In this document: positions 57,127 through 61,092 of the stretch, in pieces
How the letters are laid out: every line of letters starts with the position of its first letter
How positions within the stretch are numbered: position 1 is the first letter of the stretch
Source of the DNA: Gemmatimonadota bacterium
GTDB lineage: Bacteria; Gemmatimonadota; Gemmatimonadetes; Gemmatimonadales; GWC2-71-9
Direction: 5' to 3'
Assembly: GCA_039590195.1 (NCBI GenBank)
Contig: JBDHFY010000001.1
Span: 1-61,092, forward strand
DNA length: 61,092 nucleotides
Made by a program: the position numbers and the translations under genes
Notes under the pieces: model-generated
Databases searched by the model: none
The model's input: the letters and a program-made list of their open reading frames with translations, nothing else
Told to the model about the DNA's origin: nothing

Positions 57127-59102
57127 TGCCGGATTCCGTAGCCCTGGTGTGGCTCGTCGTGCTCCTGCCGTTCGTCGGCTTCCTGGCGAATGGGTGGTTG
57201 AGCTTCTTCCAGCCGAACGCGAAACGTGCCGTTAGTGCGATTGGCGTAGGCACGGTGACGGCTGCGTTTGCCGTGGCCGTGGTGGTAGTGACCGGATTGG
57301 CCGGCGCCGCAGATGGGGCGCCGTTTTTACTCCAGTTGTGGTCGTGGATCCCGGCCGGCAGTCTGCAGATCGATCTCGGGTTCCAGGTCGACGCCCTGTC
57401 CGCGGTGATGCTCATGGTCGTCACGGGCGTGGGCGCGCTGATTCACATCTTCAGCGTTGGTTACATGGGAGCTGACCGATCCTACGCCCGGTACTTCGCC
57501 TTTCTGAACCTATTCGTCTTCTTCATGCTGGTGCTGGTGCTGGGGTCAAGCTTCCCGGTGATGTTCATTGGGTGGGAGGGCGTTGGGCTGTGCAGTTACC
57601 TGCTGATCGGCTTCTGGTTCAGCGACGAAGCCAAGGCTCGAGCGGGCAACAAGGCGTTCATCATGAACCGCATTGGGGACTTTGGGTTCTTGGTCGCCAT
57701 GTTCATGATCTTCGGAGCGACGGGAACGCTGTCCTTCACGGGGGTCGCGGAAGCGGCCCCCCGCATCTTCGAGCTGAATGGACCGCTCATCACCGGTATC
57801 ACGCTGTTGCTCTTTCTGGGCTGCGCCGGCAAATCTGCGCAGATCCCGTTGTACACATGGCTTCCGGATGCCATGGCAGGACCGACCCCAGTATCCGCTC
57901 TGATCCACGCGGCCACCATGGTCACCGCCGGCGTGTACCTCGTGGCGCGAACCAACGTGCTCTTCGCCATGGCGCCGACTTCCAGTGCGGTGGTCGCGGG
58001 CGTTGGGGCAATGACGGCGCTCTTCGCCGCGACCATTGCCCTGAAGCAGTGGGACATCAAGAAGGTCCTCGCGTACTCAACGGTTTCACAACTGGGCTAC
58101 ATGTTTCTCGGTGTCGGTGTGGGAGCATACACGGCCGGGATGTTTCACCTCGTCACGCATGCTTTTTTCAAGGCCCTGCTTTTCCTCGGATCCGGTAGTG
58201 TCATCCACGTCATGCACCACGCGTATCATCACACGCACAATGACGATGATCCGCAGGATATGCGGAACATGGGCGGCCTGCGCAGATACATGCCTTGGAC
58301 GGCGGCCGTGATGTGGATCGCCACCTTGGCGATTGCGGGTGTCCCAGGGTTCTCAGGTTTCTTCTCAAAGGATGAAATCCTTGCATCCACGTTTGCCCGC
58401 GGGCAAGACAGCGCCTTCTTCTATGTGCTGTGGGTCGTTGGCGCCCTGGCGGCACTGCTGACGGCGTTCTACATGACGCGGCTCATGCTCTACACGTTCC
58501 ATGGGCCGAATCGCACGGGCACCAAAGAAGAGGGACAACTCCATGAAGCCCCGTGGGTGATGACGGGTCCGTTGGTAGTACTAGCGGGTGGAAGCATCCT
58601 TGCCGGTGTGTTGAACTTACCGCATGTCCTCCCGGGCGCTGGATGGCTGGAACATTGGCTGGAGCCCGTGACCGAAGGCGCCAGCGAGTATCTGGCAGAA
58701 GTTCACCTTGCGGTGCCGGTGGAATGGGCACTTCTGGGAGGCGCTACCCTAATCGCGGCGCTGGGCATCGCGGTGGCGTGGACAATGCTCAAGCCGGCGG
58801 CCTTGACGACCGCGCGGGACGCGCCGGCCGAAGTTGGTGTGCAGCGGATTCTGCTTAACAAGTATTACATCGATGAGATCTACAACTGGCTCGTGGTTCG
58901 GCCGATCATCTGGATATCACGCAGCATCTTGTGGCGAGCCATTGATGATGGTGTGATCGATGGCGGTGGGGTGAACGGTTGGGCCAGGATTACCCGTCTC
59001 TTAGGGTGGATCGGCACCCGACTGCAGACGGGTCAAGTAACGACATACATCGTGCTGTTCGTGTTGGGGGCGTTGGTACTGTTCCAGGCCATGACACAAT
59101 AA
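57123..59102 (+). CDS. nuoL: NADH-quinone oxidoreductase subunit L
   Basis: [56 protein letters not shown]. Confidence 0.97.
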   Translation: MMPDSVALVWLVVLLPFVGFLANGWLSFFQPNAKRAVSAIGVGTVTAAFAVAVVVVTGLAGAADGAPFLLQLWSWIPAGSLQIDLGFQVDALSAVMLMVVTGVGALIHIFSVGYMGADRSYARYFAFLNLFVFFMLVLVLGSSFPVMFIGWEGVGLCSYLLIGFWFSDEAKARAGNKAFIMNRIGDFGFLVAMFMIFGATGTLSFTGVAEAAPRIFELNGPLITGITLLLFLGCAGKSAQIPLYTWLPDAMAGPTPVSALIHAATMVTAGVYLVARTNVLFAMAPTSSAVVAGVGAMTALFAATIALKQWDIKKVLAYSTVSQLGYMFLGVGVGAYTAGMFHLVTHAFFKALLFLGSGSVIHVMHHAYHHTHNDDDPQDMRNMGGLRRYMPWTAAVMWIATLAIAGVPGFSGFFSKDEILASTFARGQDSAFFYVLWVVGALAALLTAFYMTRLMLYTFHGPNRTGTKEEGQLHEAPWVMTGPLVVLAGGSILAGVLNLPHVLPGAGWLEHWLEPVTEGASEYLAEVHLAVPVEWALLGGATLIAALGIAVAWTMLKPAALTTARDAPAEVGVQRILLNKYYIDEIYNWLVVRPIIWISRSILWRAIDDGVIDGGGVNGWARITRLLGWIGTRLQTGQVTTYIVLFVLGALVLFQAMTQ

Positions 59103-59108
59103 GCCGCT

Positions 59109-60665
59109 ATGAGCGATTTTCTCGTAGATATTGGGTACCGCAGCTGGGCGCTGGAGATGCTGATGGTTCTGCCCCTGGCAGCGGCTGTGGTCGTCCTGCT
59201 GTCTAGCACTGAACACGCAAAGTGGATCGCCCTCTGGGCGACGCTCGCGGAATTCGTCGTATCGGCTGGACTCTGGTGGGCCTTCGAGCCCGGTACGGCC
59301 GCCATGCAGTTCGAGGTGCGGCATGCCTGGATGCCCGGTTGGGGGATCACATATCACCTCGGTGTGGACGGCATCTCGCTCTTCATGGTGCTGCTTACCA
59401 CTTTTACGATGCCGCTCGCAGTGCTGGGGAGCTTTAACTACATCAAGCAACGCGAACGACCGTACTACGCCCTTATGCTGGCGCTCACCACGGGGATGCT
59501 CGGCGTATTCGTCGCGCTCGATTTGTTCGTCTTTTACGTGTTCTGGGAGATCATGCTGATCCCGATGTATTTCATCATTGGGGTCTGGGGAGGAGGCCGG
59601 CGGCTCTACGCGGCCATCAAGTTCTTCCTTTATACGTTTGTCGGGTCGCTGCTCATGTTGGTGGCCATCCTGACGATCTATTATGTCGTGGGCCGGGAGA
59701 CGGGCGTGTTCTCCTTTGCGTATGTCCACCTGCTGCAAAACATCGGGTTGCTCCAGCCATGGGCTTTGTGGTTGTTTGGTGCGTTCGCCCTGGCGTTCGC
59801 CATCAAGGTCCCGATGTTCCCGTTTCACACCTGGCTGCCAGACGCGCATGTCGAGGCCCCCACGGCGGGTTCGGTGATCCTGGCAGGTATTCTCCTCAAG
59901 ATGGGAACGTACGGATTTCTGAGATTCGCCGTACCCTTCTTTCCACAGGTCGTCCTCGATCCGACGGTCGTGGCGGTTATTGTCTCCCTGGCCGTGATCA
60001 GCATCATCTACGGTGCGCTTGTGGCACTCGTGCAGCCGGACTTCAAGAAACTCGTGGCATACTCCTCTGTGAGCCACCTCGGGTTCGTCATGCTCGGGAT
60101 CTGGGCCCTGAACCTGCAAAGCGTTGAGGGTGCGATCATCATCATGATCAACCACGGGATCTCGACAGGAGCGCTCTTCTTCCTGGCCGGCATGCTGTAC
60201 GAGAGGCGTCACACGCGAGAGATTGCGGAGTTTGGAGGCATCGCGCGGGCGGTGCCGGCACTCGCGACCGTGTTGACAGTCGTAGCGCTGTCGTCGATCG
60301 GGCTGCCGGGGACAAACGGTTTCGTCGGTGAGTTCCTAGTCCTTGTGGGCTCGTTCGGCGAGTTCCCACTGGCCACGGTGATCGCGACTACGGGCGTTGT
60401 CTTCGCTGCAGGGTATCTCCTGTGGGCCTTGCAACGTCTGCTCTACGGTAAGCTCGAGAAGCCGGAAAACGAGAAGATGCCGGATCTGTCGGCGAGGGAA
60501 CTCCTGGTTCTCAGCCCACTCGTCGCGTGCATCATCTGGATAGGAGTCTACCCCGCGCCGTTCCTGCGGCGCGTCGAAGCGTCGGCGCAAGCGTTGGTCG
60601 TCCAGGTGCGTGAAGCGATGCCCGGACCCGTGAGCGTCGAGCTTCCTATCGGAGACGACGAGTAA
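59109..60665 (+). CDS. nuoM: NADH-quinone oxidoreductase subunit M
   Basis: FYVFWE, KVPMFPFHTWLPDAHVEAPT, LKMGTYG, AYSSVSH, GLPGTNGFVGEF. Confidence 0.97.
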   Translation: MSDFLVDIGYRSWALEMLMVLPLAAAVVVLLSSTEHAKWIALWATLAEFVVSAGLWWAFEPGTAAMQFEVRHAWMPGWGITYHLGVDGISLFMVLLTTFTMPLAVLGSFNYIKQRERPYYALMLALTTGMLGVFVALDLFVFYVFWEIMLIPMYFIIGVWGGGRRLYAAIKFFLYTFVGSLLMLVAILTIYYVVGRETGVFSFAYVHLLQNIGLLQPWALWLFGAFALAFAIKVPMFPFHTWLPDAHVEAPTAGSVILAGILLKMGTYGFLRFAVPFFPQVVLDPTVVAVIVSLAVISIIYGALVALVQPDFKKLVAYSSVSHLGFVMLGIWALNLQSVEGAIIIMINHGISTGALFFLAGMLYERRHTREIAEFGGIARAVPALATVLTVVALSSIGLPGTNGFVGEFLVLVGSFGEFPLATVIATTGVVFAAGYLLWALQRLLYGKLEKPENEKMPDLSARELLVLSPLVACIIWIGVYPAPFLRRVEASAQALVVQVREAMPGPVSVELPIGDDE

Positions 60666-61092
60666 TGGGTATGGTGATCGACCTGACCACGCCGGCCGGG
60701 ATTTCCTTGGCTTTGCTCCCGGAGCTCTTCCTCACGGTCTCCGCGTTGGTGCTCATGCTCGTCGTTGGTTGGCGCCACAAAGGTGCTGACGAGCAGCGAC
60801 TCATCGGGCACCTGACGCTCACGGGGCTCGGGGGCACCCTCTTGCTGGTGGTATGGCTGTGGGCCCAGGGCGCACGCCCTGAAGGCGTCGCTCACATGAT
60901 TGCGCTCGACGGATTCCGGTTCGCCACCGCCGTCGTATTCCTTGGCGGGGCGATCTTCGTGGTCATGCTCTCGCTGGGGTACCTGGGCCGCGAGCGCATT
61001 CTGGCGCCGGAGTACTATGTCCTTCTGGTGCTCGCCACCATCGGGATGATGCTGATGGGTGGAGCCTCGGATCTCATCGTGCTCTTCCTCGG
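60665..61092 (+). CDS. nuoN: NADH-quinone oxidoreductase subunit N (5' part, truncated by the window end)
   Basis: ATG 60665 overlaps the nuoM stop; MGMVIDLTTPAGISLALLPEL...PEYYVLLVLATIGMMLMGGASDLIVLFL; position after nuoM. Confidence 0.9.
   Translation, partial: MGMVIDLTTPAGISLALLPELFLTVSALVLMLVVGWRHKGADEQRLIGHLTLTGLGGTLLLVVWLWAQGARPEGVAHMIALDGFRFATAVVFLGGAIFVVMLSLGYLGRERILAPEYYVLLVLATIGMMLMGGASDLIVLFL

Overview
GC-rich bacterial chromosome segment; gene content and order suggest Gemmatimonadota (inference from recalled synteny, not a search). Left part (1-26.2 kb) is housekeeping: tRNA-Ser(CGA), pyrR-pyrB-pyrC, rpsT, a frameshifted site-2 protease, scpA-scpB-rluB, an uncharacterised 552-aa Rossmann-fold protein, a MoxR/DUF58/VWA (Bat-type) cluster, and mutL-miaA-bshA-uppP-birA-coaX. 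Middle part (26.3-46.5 kb) looks accessory: secreted hydrolases, a DUF5916-like outer-membrane protein, a histone-deacetylase-family gene, a nine-gene kynurenine tryptophan-catabolism cluster in two convergent halves, a PAS hybrid kinase, a GNAT and an orphan BlaI-type repressor. Right part is dcd and nuoA-N (nuoN cut by the window edge). No transposase, integrase, phage gene or CRISPR array was seen. Best leads: (1) an unannotated ~110-nt minus-strand structured RNA with its own promoter, a four-way junction, an anti-Shine-Dalgarno loop and a U-tail (45233-45342); (2) an SDR plus RidA pair that may supply the poorly characterised 2-aminomuconate to 2-oxoadipate step; (3) paired BlaI operators; (4) a Rex-like box before nuoA. 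All product calls come from motif recognition by eye; no database searches were run.
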